A DNA stretch of 64,000 nt from an uncultured Candidatus Saccharibacteria bacterium (GTDB taxonomy: Bacteria; Patescibacteriota; Saccharimonadia; CAZHVB01). Every line of letters starts with the position of its first letter. Position 1 is the stretch's first letter. Under the pieces are notes generated by a model. The model made no database searches, was not told the origin of the DNA, and saw only the letters and a list, made by a program, of their open reading frames with translations. Where the stretch lies: positions 91,282 through 155,281 of the forward strand of contig CAZRIY010000001.1 in NCBI GenBank assembly GCA_964600295.1, in the 5' to 3' direction. Positions 17,977 through 25,823 of the stretch are shown in pieces. A program made the translations under genes and the position numbers.

Positions 17977-19665
17977 TTGAGCATGAATATTCTAGGGATA
18001 TCGGCTTTTTTCCACGATAGTGCGGCGGCTTTGATAGTAGATGGCCGAGTGGTATGTGCCTTTGAGGAAGAACGCTTTAGCCGCATCAAACACGACAATC
18101 AATTCCCGGTATTAAGTATCCAGCACTGTCTCGATACTGGAGGCCTCTCAGTCAATGATATCGACAGCGTTGTCTATTATGAGAAACCTTTACTAAAGTT
18201 AGAACGCATTTTAGATACCTTTATTCAAACATTTCCTCGTTCGTTGCGCCCATTTGTGGCAAATATGCCCGAAATATTAATTCATAAACTCGACATCGCC
18301 TACACTTTACGCAAAACGATTGGGTTCAGAGGCCAGATATTCTATCTCCCGCACCACTTGTCTCACGCTGCGGCTGCTTTTCTAACATCATCATTTAAAG
18401 AGTCCGCGATATTGACAGTAGATGGTACGGGCGAGTACCAAACAACTGCTCTGTGGGCCGGCAACTCTAGGAGAATAACTGAGCTAGGGTCACTAAATTT
18501 TCCCCATTCTTTGGGTTTGTTCTACTCGACTTTCACTGCTTTTTTGGGCTTTCGGGTTAATGACGACGAGTATAAAGTTATGGGCCTGTCGGCTTACGGT
18601 AAGCCAAGTTTTGTATCCGATATGCGGAGGCTAATAGACATGGCGGCAGACGGTAGCCTGCGTCTCAATATGGACTACTTTGGATTCCAACACTCGGAGC
18701 AAATGTGGGCCCCGGCTTTTGAAAAACTGTTTGGTAGAGCCCGCGCGCGCGGCGACCCAATGACTAAACACCATAAAGATATAGCGGCTAGCGTTCAGGC
18801 TCTGTTTGAGGAGATATATTTTCGAATTCTTAACCATCTCCAGACCCTTACCAACAGCTCCGACCTCTGCCTGGGGGGTGGGGTGGCCTTAAATGCACTA
18901 GCCAATGGCAAAATCTATACTCATACAAAATTCAAACGTGTACACATATTCGGAGCAGCTGGCGATAGTGGTTCGGCGATTGGAGCGGCACTCTACATGT
19001 ATCACCAATTAAATCAGTCCGGCTGGCCGAAGCCAATTACTGGCATGGCGTTGGGGTCAAGTTACAAAGACGCCGAGATTGAAGACTGCTTAGGACAAAC
19101 CCAGCTTAAGTGGGAAAGGGTAGCTCCGAAAAAACTCATTGCCAAAACCGCACAACTCTTGGCGAACGGCAAGGTAGTAGGATGGTTTCAAGGCAAGATG
19201 GAGTTCGGGCCACGCGCACTTGGGTATCGCTCAATCCTGGCAGACCCGCGGCCAGCAGCCATGAAGTCAAAGATTAATAGGATTAAGGGCCGCGAAGCAT
19301 TCCGCCCATTCGGGGGATCCATTATAGATACTGCGACGAATTTATACCTCGAAGCTCCCGGGGGCCTAGTATCACCTTTTATGATTGAGTGTTTCAGAGT
19401 TCGAAGTGCAAAAAAAGATAGTCTGGCTGCGATCACACACTATGATGGCAGTTGCCGCATCCAAACCGTTACGCCCCAAAACGAACGATTTTATCAGTTA
19501 ATCAACGCGTTTAGAGATTTAACTGGTACACCTTGTTTGCTCAATACCAGCTTTAATGTTGCCGGGGAGCCGATGGTAGAACATCCCAGCCAAGCCCTGG
19601 AAGTCTTTGCAACTACGACTTTGGATTATCTCGTAATCGGAAATTTTATGGTGCGCAAGGAATAA
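17977..19665 (+). CDS. Carbamoyltransferase (NodU/CmcH family)
   Basis: The N-terminus is MSMNILGISAFFHDSAAALIVDGRVVCAFEEERFSRIKHDNQFP. The 562-aa product has a Kae1/TsaD-like N-domain and a carbamoyltransferase C-domain. Confidence 0.85.
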   Translation: MSMNILGISAFFHDSAAALIVDGRVVCAFEEERFSRIKHDNQFPVLSIQHCLDTGGLSVNDIDSVVYYEKPLLKLERILDTFIQTFPRSLRPFVANMPEILIHKLDIAYTLRKTIGFRGQIFYLPHHLSHAAAAFLTSSFKESAILTVDGTGEYQTTALWAGNSRRITELGSLNFPHSLGLFYSTFTAFLGFRVNDDEYKVMGLSAYGKPSFVSDMRRLIDMAADGSLRLNMDYFGFQHSEQMWAPAFEKLFGRARARGDPMTKHHKDIAASVQALFEEIYFRILNHLQTLTNSSDLCLGGGVALNALANGKIYTHTKFKRVHIFGAAGDSGSAIGAALYMYHQLNQSGWPKPITGMALGSSYKDAEIEDCLGQTQLKWERVAPKKLIAKTAQLLANGKVVGWFQGKMEFGPRALGYRSILADPRPAAMKSKINRIKGREAFRPFGGSIIDTATNLYLEAPGGLVSPFMIECFRVRSAKKDSLAAITHYDGSCRIQTVTPQNERFYQLINAFRDLTGTPCLLNTSFNVAGEPMVEHPSQALEVFATTTLDYLVIGNFMVRKE

Positions 19666-20563
19666 GCTTTTGGGCAATTAGGTAATCCGCCATTTCTCTG
19701 GCAATGATTTCGTGACCCCGAGTGTTTGGGTGGCCGTCACCCTGAATGATTCCTCCGGAATCATTCAGGCTATCCTGGGATAGTTCGTAATAATAGGTTT
19801 GCGAACGGCCGTCGGCAAAGCTCTTGGCATATTGCTCCAAATTAGAAGCGCGTATATCAAACATTACTAAAGGCTGATTAAAATACTGGCTGGCCGCATG
19901 GAGTGTTTGTGTCTGAAACTGAATATTATCTGCCATAGAATATATATGAGGAGTTTCTTCCGAATCGTCGTGTGATTCTTGGTGATCTTTAAACGGGCGT
20001 GATTGATGATCGCGATCAATTTCGGCTCTTGTCACGAAATCGCTGTCATTAACTTGCCATATGACTAAATCGGGCTTATATTTTTGGCCGCGAAGCCGGT
20101 AGCGTTCAGCGCTATAAGCGATGTCGTAGCCGGGTACACCAAGATTGATGACTTCATATTTAGTAGCGCCCCGACAGGTATAGTTCAACAACTCCGCCAG
20201 TCGTTCTGAATAATTCTCGTTAGCACCTACGTATAAGCCAAAGGTGATTGAATCCCCAAGGCTGATGATTCTGAAGGTGTTGGCTGGTTTCACAACCGTA
20301 TAATCCTGTTGGGCATGCAGACTATCGGCATTGATGCGATACCTAAGATCGCGAACCTCTTTTTGGCCTGTAGCTTGATCGCTATTCGCCTGCAACTCAT
20401 AAAAATTAGCGAACTGGGAACTAGATGCGCTGGCCACGCTAGTTCTGGATATCGGGCTAACGCTTATGTGGGTCTGAAAACTATAATAGGCGTGTATCAC
20501 CAGCAGGGCGACAACAATCACCTCGAGGATAAAAATGTATCCTGTCAGCTCCGGTTTGCGCAT
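19646..20563 (-). CDS. SGNH/GDSL hydrolase family protein with an N-terminal TM anchor
   Basis: Block I is ISLGDSITFG, block III is VNDSD, and block V is DGHPNTRGH. Confidence 0.75.
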   Translation of the reverse strand: MRKPELTGYIFILEVIVVALLVIHAYYSFQTHISVSPISRTSVASASSSQFANFYELQANSDQATGQKEVRDLRYRINADSLHAQQDYTVVKPANTFRIISLGDSITFGLYVGANENYSERLAELLNYTCRGATKYEVINLGVPGYDIAYSAERYRLRGQKYKPDLVIWQVNDSDFVTRAEIDRDHQSRPFKDHQESHDDSEETPHIYSMADNIQFQTQTLHAASQYFNQPLVMFDIRASNLEQYAKSFADGRSQTYYYELSQDSLNDSGGIIQGDGHPNTRGHEIIAREMADYLIAQKLIPCAP

Positions 20564-20621
20564 TACCTAAGATTATAAGTCAAGAAGAGTCCTATATGCT
20601 ACTTGGAAAATCGGCTTTAAA

Positions 20622-20641
20622 TTCAGCGATCGCTGAATTTA
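20622..20641. promoter_or_regulatory. 20-bp perfect palindrome AATTCAGCGATCGCTGAATT in the SGNH/ychF divergent intergenic region
   Basis: This is a perfect inverted repeat centred on GCGATCGC. It lies ~29 nt upstream of a TATAAT-like box (20670-20675) that is itself 10 nt before the ychF ATG. Confidence 0.5.
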
Positions 20642-20685
20642 TAACCAATACGAATGGCTATCCTTTATCTATATAATGATCGGGT

Positions 20686-21795
20686 ATGGGATTATCCGTA
20701 GGCATAGTTGGCTTGCCCAACGTTGGTAAATCGACGCTGTTCAACGCCCTAACCAATAATAAGGTGTTGGCGGCCAATTACCCCTTTGCCACCATTGAAC
20801 CAAATACCGGCGTGGTAGCAGTCCCAGATGAACGGCTGGGCAGGTTAGCCGGCCTTTATAAGCCAGAGAAAATTATCCCCGCCAGCGTGACTTTCGTTGA
20901 TATCGCCGGCTTGGTTAAGGGCGCACACCAGGGCGAAGGACTGGGCAATCAGTTCCTGGCCCATATTCGCGAGGTCAACGTTATCGTCCAAGTAGTTAGG
21001 GTGTTTGCCGATCCCAACGTTAGCCATGTAGCCAACCGAATTCATCCCCAAGATGATATCGAAGTACTCAATACCGAGCTGATTCTGGCCGACCTGCAAA
21101 CTATTGATAAAACGCTAGAGAGACTCAACCGCCAAGCCAAGGGCGAGCACAATCTAAAGGCTGATGTCGAGATACTAAATAAACTCAGAACCGAACTGGA
21201 TAAGGGGCGGCTGGCAATTGCTACCGATTATAGACCAGACGGATTGGAGGCAAATTTGCCCGCAACCTCGACTCTAAAAACTTTTTTGACCCAGTTGTTA
21301 ACTAATAAACCGATTATTTACCTTTTTAACGTCGATGAAGCTGCCCTCAAGGACTCAGCCAAACAACAGCAACTGATGGACAATGTAAATCCGGCACCAG
21401 CCCTCTATTTAGATGCCAAGCTGGAGGCCGAACTGGCCGAGCTAGATCCGGCCGAGGCCAAGGAACTGCTGCAGAGCGTTGGCCAGCAGGATTCAGGGCT
21501 GGAGCAGTTGATCCGGCTTGGTTACAGCACACTGGGTTTGATTACCTTCCTTACGGCCGGCCCTAAGGAAGTTCGAGCCTGGACCATCAAAAAGGGTGCC
21601 AAAGCACCAGAGGCCGCCGGTACGATTCATGGGGACTTTGCCCGCGGCTTCATCGCGGCTGAGGTTACCGGCTTTGATGACTTGATGGCGGCCGGTTCAG
21701 AGACCGCTGCCAAAGCGGCCGGCAAGTTGCGCAGCGAAGGCAAGAATTACCAAGTGGCTGACGGCGACGTTATCGAATTCCGCTTCAACCTCTAA
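20686..21795 (+). CDS. ychF: Ribosome-binding ATPase YchF (Obg-like GTPase family)
   Basis: The product starts MGLSVGIVGLPNVGKSTLFNALT and has a C-terminal TGS domain; it is 369 aa. Confidence 0.9.
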   Translation: MGLSVGIVGLPNVGKSTLFNALTNNKVLAANYPFATIEPNTGVVAVPDERLGRLAGLYKPEKIIPASVTFVDIAGLVKGAHQGEGLGNQFLAHIREVNVIVQVVRVFADPNVSHVANRIHPQDDIEVLNTELILADLQTIDKTLERLNRQAKGEHNLKADVEILNKLRTELDKGRLAIATDYRPDGLEANLPATSTLKTFLTQLLTNKPIIYLFNVDEAALKDSAKQQQLMDNVNPAPALYLDAKLEAELAELDPAEAKELLQSVGQQDSGLEQLIRLGYSTLGLITFLTAGPKEVRAWTIKKGAKAPEAAGTIHGDFARGFIAAEVTGFDDLMAAGSETAAKAAGKLRSEGKNYQVADGDVIEFRFNL

Positions 21796-21831
21796 AGTAC
21801 CGGGAAGTCGAAACGGAAAGTGGCTAAAACA

Positions 21832-21845
21832 TACGCGATCGCGTA
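21832..21845. promoter_or_regulatory. Palindrome TACGCGATCGCGTA immediately upstream of the PaaX-like gene
   Basis: This is a 14-bp perfect palindrome. It shares the 17-mer TACGCGATCGCGTAAAA with the copy at 22428 and lies 11 nt before the start codon. Confidence 0.45.
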
Positions 21846-21856
21846 AAATATAGCCA

Positions 21857-22420
21857 ATGGCGAAAGAAAGTTCAGCAATAATCGATGGGATTTTAAGACT
21901 ACTGGCCACTAGTGGCGCACTGTCGGTAGCTATCTTGCTACCCGGTATGGCACAGGTTTTAGAAAAACCAACACTTAAATTTCTTGACCGTTTAGATGAG
22001 CGCTCCCAAGAACGAGAGCTGCTACGAATATTGGTCTACATGAAGAAACAAAAGCTTGTTGATTCAGAAAGAGGCTACGACCATGGCATCGTGATTACTA
22101 CGCGTGGCCTTAAACGCCTACAGTCTTCTGGTCTAGGACAACTTAAGCTAGTTCAGCCCAAGAAATGGGATAAGAAATGGCGGCTGGTACTCTTCGACAT
22201 TCCAGAACGGCTCAAGAAAGGTCGCGATGCACTCACTCGCAAGTTAAAGACCCTTGGCTTTCACCAACTCCAACGCAGTGTTTGGATTCACCCCTACCCC
22301 TGCAAGGAAGAAATTGGCATTGTTTCGACTGCATATGATGTTGCCAGATACGTTAGCTATATTGAGACTGACCATATTGACCAGCAGCACAAGCTAGTCC
22401 AGAAATTCGGATTGAAATAG
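21857..22420 (+). CDS. PaaX-family-like transcriptional regulator (PaaX_C-type domain)
   Basis: KKWDKKWRLVLFDIPERLKKGRDALTRKLKTLGFHQLQRSVWIHP matches the PaaX C-domain pattern (W-D-G-x-W-h-h-h-F-x-h-P-E...R...L...L...G-F...x-x-W-I-x-P). The N-terminal ~100 aa could form a winged HTH. Confidence 0.5.
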   Translation: MAKESSAIIDGILRLLATSGALSVAILLPGMAQVLEKPTLKFLDRLDERSQERELLRILVYMKKQKLVDSERGYDHGIVITTRGLKRLQSSGLGQLKLVQPKKWDKKWRLVLFDIPERLKKGRDALTRKLKTLGFHQLQRSVWIHPYPCKEEIGIVSTAYDVARYVSYIETDHIDQQHKLVQKFGLK

Positions 22421-22427
22421 TCTAATA

Positions 22428-22445
22428 TTTACGCGATCGCGTAAA
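22428..22445. promoter_or_regulatory. 18-bp perfect palindrome TTTACGCGATCGCGTAAA between the convergent PaaX-like and tlyA genes
   Basis: This is a perfect inverted repeat centred on GCGATCGC, located 8 nt after the PaaX-like stop. Confidence 0.45.
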
Positions 22446-22478
22446 AAATGTCCACTTTGAGCTTAGATCGCTTTGGCA

Positions 22479-23201
22479 TTACTGTGTGGGTTTTAGGAGA
22501 TAGAAGCGTTCAATGTTGCCTTTGGTGCCAGCAATTTTAGAATCAGCTTTGGCGATAATTTGAAACTGGTCTTTGGCCCAAGCTTCAAAATCTTTGAGGA
22601 TCTGGCGGCGGATAGTATCGTTTTTTATAACGCCCTTATGCGTGACATTTGGCTCACCGGTTTCAAATTGGGGCTTAACCATTGCCAGGATCTGTCCATT
22701 CTTGGCCAAGAGCATGATTAAACCGGGCAAGATCAAACGCAGCGAAATAAAGGATACATCCACCACGGCCAGATCGACCGATTCAGGCAGGCTGGTAACC
22801 TGGCGAATATCGGTCTTCTCCATTGATACAACCCGAGAGTCTACTTTTAACTTGGCGGCCAGCTGTTTGGTACCAATATCCACCGCGTAGACCCTGGTGG
22901 CGCCTCGTTGCAGGGCAAAGTCCGTAAACCCGCCGGTCGAGGCGCCGACATCCAATACAACATTATGTTTAAAATCTAGACTCAGTTTGGGAGCTACCGA
23001 AGCCAACTTATAGGCAGCCCGCGATACATAGCGCTCCTTGGTTACTTCGATATCAACTTTCTGATCAATAAGTTGGCCCGGCTGAGTTGCTCGCCGACCG
23101 GAAACTTTAATTTTACCAAGCTTAATCAAAGCCGCTGCCTGAGATCGCGAACCCACCAAACCTCGAATAACCAGTAGTTGATCCAGCCGCAGTCTCAACA
23201 T
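22479..23201 (-). CDS. tlyA: TlyA family rRNA (cytidine-2'-O)-methyltransferase
   Basis: An N-terminal S4 domain (LRLDQLLVIRGLVGSRSQAAALIKLGKIKVSG) is followed by an FtsJ-like SAM-MTase domain (LDVGASTGGFTD). Confidence 0.85.
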   Translation of the reverse strand: MLRLRLDQLLVIRGLVGSRSQAAALIKLGKIKVSGRRATQPGQLIDQKVDIEVTKERYVSRAAYKLASVAPKLSLDFKHNVVLDVGASTGGFTDFALQRGATRVYAVDIGTKQLAAKLKVDSRVVSMEKTDIRQVTSLPESVDLAVVDVSFISLRLILPGLIMLLAKNGQILAMVKPQFETGEPNVTHKGVIKNDTIRRQILKDFEAWAKDQFQIIAKADSKIAGTKGNIERFYLLKPTQ

Positions 23202-23204
23202 TGG

Positions 23205-23759
23205 TCAGACCCGGCCGTCATAGCTACCGGTTCGGGTATCAACTTGGATTTTGTCGCCAGGCTTAATAAACAGGGGCACTTGCAGTTCGGCGCCGCTTTC
23301 CAAGACAGCGCTCTTGGTAGCTGTTCCTGTAGTATCGCCGCGGACGGCGGCATCAGCTTTTGCTACTTTCAGTGTTAATTTGGCGGGTAAGTCCAAACCG
23401 ACGATTCGCTGGTTAATCGTCAGGGCCACGACTTCGGCTCCCTCAACCAACCACTTAATTTGCTGATCATCACTGGAAACAAGACTGGTTTGTTCATAGC
23501 TTTTAAGATCCATTAGGTGGGCTTGGTTGCCAACCCGATATAGATATTGCATATCTACTTTCTCGAGTCTAGCTGGTTCAATCTTGTCATTACCTTTAAA
23601 GGTTTTGCTGACCAGTGAACCGGTGACTAGATTTTTGAGTTTGACTCGCACGATGGCGCCACCGCGACCCAGCTGGGTATGACGATAGTCAATTACCTGG
23701 TAGGGGGCACCATCCAGCTGGACAAAGGTCCCCTTTCTAAGATCGGTCAGGCTCAACAT
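23205..23759 (-). CDS. efp: Elongation factor P
   Basis: The product is 184 aa and contains KGTFVQLDGAPYQVIDYRHTQLGRGGAIVRVKLKNLVTG. Confidence 0.9.
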   Translation of the reverse strand: MLSLTDLRKGTFVQLDGAPYQVIDYRHTQLGRGGAIVRVKLKNLVTGSLVSKTFKGNDKIEPARLEKVDMQYLYRVGNQAHLMDLKSYEQTSLVSSDDQQIKWLVEGAEVVALTINQRIVGLDLPAKLTLKVAKADAAVRGDTTGTATKSAVLESGAELQVPLFIKPGDKIQVDTRTGSYDGRV

Positions 23760-23776
23760 GGAAGCAGCCGATCAAA

Positions 23777-23974
23777 CTATTTGACAACAAAGGGCAATAA
23801 GCCCAGATGTCGAGCCCGCTTAATGGCATGGGCCAATTGGCGCTGTTGACGTGATGATAGACCGGTACGGCGACGGGATTCAATCTGACCAAAGGCATTA
23901 ATATAACGACTAAGAGTTTTGACATCTTTGTAATCAAATTCGTCGGCATCCTTACTGCGTCTAGGTTCGGACAT
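23777..23974 (-). CDS. rpsR: 30S ribosomal protein S18
   Basis: The product is 65 aa and contains [48 protein letters not shown]. Confidence 0.9.
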   Translation of the reverse strand: MSEPRRSKDADEFDYKDVKTLSRYINAFGQIESRRRTGLSSRQQRQLAHAIKRARHLGLLPFVVK

Positions 23975-23976
23975 AG

Positions 23977-24456
23977 CTAAAAGGGTATATCGCTCAGGTC
24001 AACATCTTCGCCCAGATCTTCGATTTCCACTTTATCTTGATCCTTTTTGGTTTTGGTGGTCTTCTTGCCGCCCTTAGCTGGGCTATCGGCCGGGGCATCG
24101 GCAGCAGTACCATTCCCCTCACTTGGCCGATCCAGAAAGTTTATGTCACTAGCTACTACCTCGGTGCGATAGTTTTTCTTTCCATCTTCGCCTTCCCAAG
24201 ATCGGGTTTGCAAACGGCCGACAATCATCACTCGACGCCCCTTGGTTAAATATTGAGAGGCTAGTTCAGCTAGTTTGGCCCAAGCCACTACATTATGGAA
24301 ATCGGCGGCTTGCTGTTGCTCTCCGTTTTGATCCTGCCAGACCCGGTTGGTGGCTACAGCGAATGAGGCTACCGATTGGCCAGATGGAATGGTTCTTAGT
24401 TCTGGATCTCGAGCCATATTTCCAACCAAAATTACCTGATTAAAACTACGCGCCAT
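23977..24456 (-). CDS. ssb: Single-stranded DNA-binding protein
   Basis: An OB-fold N-terminus ([16 protein letters not shown]) is followed by an acidic C-terminal tail ending DIPF. Confidence 0.9.
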   Translation of the reverse strand: MARSFNQVILVGNMARDPELRTIPSGQSVASFAVATNRVWQDQNGEQQQAADFHNVVAWAKLAELASQYLTKGRRVMIVGRLQTRSWEGEDGKKNYRTEVVASDINFLDRPSEGNGTAADAPADSPAKGGKKTTKTKKDQDKVEIEDLGEDVDLSDIPF

Positions 24457-24526
24457 CAGTCTTCGCTCCGCTCGACGGTAGTTAGTGGTTGGTAGTTAGT
24501 AGTTGGCGAACTCCAAGCTCCAAATC

Positions 24527-25084
24527 TCATTTGACTGACTCCTTAGCGATTTTAGTGTCGGCTTTTTTTATCGTTTTCGTCTGATCCCTATTATTTACTG
24601 TAGGAGCTTTGGCTGCAAGCTTTACGGGTTTAGCATTAGTCACGCCAGACTTTCGATTTACTGCCGAGTGTGTCGGTTTCAGATTAGCTTTTTTAACAGA
24701 TAGTGTGGCCGTGGATTTATTTCCTGGCTCGAGTGGTTTGGTGACGGCCTTGGCGGTCGGTGGTTTGGCCTTAGTTGGCCGTTCGGGTTTGATGGGTAAA
24801 GGCTTTACTAACAGATAACGCAAGACTTCGTTGGCCAGACCCAATCCCTCTTCCAACTCGGCAACCTTGGCTGGTTCCAACTCGATTTGATAAAAGTTGT
24901 AAATGCCAAATTCTTGTTTGGCGATTGGATAAGCCAACTTGTGTTTACCCCAGTCATCTTGGGAAGCAATCTTTCCTCCAAGTTGGGTAATTAGACCATC
25001 CAATTTGGTGCGCGTTGGCCCCAGATCAATTTCCAGATCTGGATGAATCAGCACCGCCAGTTCGTATTGTCTCATTGTCTCCAT
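24527..25084 (-). CDS. rpsF: 30S ribosomal protein S6 with a basic C-terminal extension
   Basis: The product contains MRQYELAVLIHPDL...GIYNFYQIE. It sits in the conserved rpsF-ssb-rpsR arrangement. Confidence 0.85.
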   Translation of the reverse strand: METMRQYELAVLIHPDLEIDLGPTRTKLDGLITQLGGKIASQDDWGKHKLAYPIAKQEFGIYNFYQIELEPAKVAELEEGLGLANEVLRYLLVKPLPIKPERPTKAKPPTAKAVTKPLEPGNKSTATLSVKKANLKPTHSAVNRKSGVTNAKPVKLAAKAPTVNNRDQTKTIKKADTKIAKESVK

Positions 25085-25124
25085 AGAAGTCAGTCTTAAA
25101 TTCTACAAGCTGACCCCATTACCG

Positions 25125-25823
25125 TCAATCTGGGGGGTCTACGAGACGAACCAGTACCGACCGCTCGATAGTTGAAGCTTGATTGCGGCTATTACTGGCC
25201 TCAACAGTGATTATATTTAAACCCTCAGCGAGTTCCAGCCGTGCAGTAAAGGCGCCATTTTCGTCAACATAGACCAATTGGCCATTAACTTTAACTTCGG
25301 CCCCCGCGGCAGTATGTCCCCTGACCTCTAGGGTACTGCCGGAAACTAATTGATTATCTGAAGGGTAACTAACACTTAATCTGGGCGGAGCGGTCAGTAT
25401 GACCAATTGCCAAATTAAATAGCCCGCAATCGCCGCTATCACCAATCCGGCAATTGCCCAAGTTAACAGGCGCGAGCCGACTAGTGTCCGGCCAATGCGG
25501 GTGCGGGGCATCCGGCCCGTAGATCTGGGGATGTCTCCCCGCTGCGCCAAATAAGCGACCGTCACCTCTTTCGAATCCAAACCCAACAATGTAGCGTAGT
25601 GGCGGACAAAACCCAGAGTATGAACGCCATGCTCGAGCCCTGAGTAGCTACCATTTTCAATGGACTGCAGTTGGGCTTTTTGGATGCGGGTCTCCGCCAC
25701 TACGTGCTCCAAAGTTAAACCCAATTCTATACGCCGCTGCCTGAGCCTGTAACCGAGGGTTTGGGGGGAAGTTGTTGAAGTAGTTTGGCCCAAGTTCCTA
25801 GGTTTCCGAGAAGTCATCAGCAC
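25125..25823 (-). CDS. HTH (XRE-like) domain membrane protein, RodZ-like
   Basis: An N-terminal HTH (LGYRLRQRRIELGLTLEHVVAETRIQKAQLQSIENG) is followed by one TM segment (LLTWAIAGLVIAAIAGYLIW) and a beta-rich C-terminus. Confidence 0.5.
   Translation of the reverse strand: MLMTSRKPRNLGQTTSTTSPQTLGYRLRQRRIELGLTLEHVVAETRIQKAQLQSIENGSYSGLEHGVHTLGFVRHYATLLGLDSKEVTVAYLAQRGDIPRSTGRMPRTRIGRTLVGSRLLTWAIAGLVIAAIAGYLIWQLVILTAPPRLSVSYPSDNQLVSGSTLEVRGHTAAGAEVKVNGQLVYVDENGAFTARLELAEGLNIITVEASNSRNQASTIERSVLVRLVDPPD

Noticed and set aside
17705-17980. ORF 17705-17980 (+), 91 aa, in the divergent region upstream of the carbamoyltransferase
   Set aside because: It has one hydrophobic stretch but no RBS and an odd composition. 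It is more likely a 5'UTR or promoter region. It is left as unsupported.
22428-22445. The GCGATCGC palindromes as intrinsic terminators
   Set aside because: The stems allow only a 4-nt GATC loop with a 5-7 bp stem and lack a following U-tract on either strand. An operator or methylation-site interpretation is preferred.
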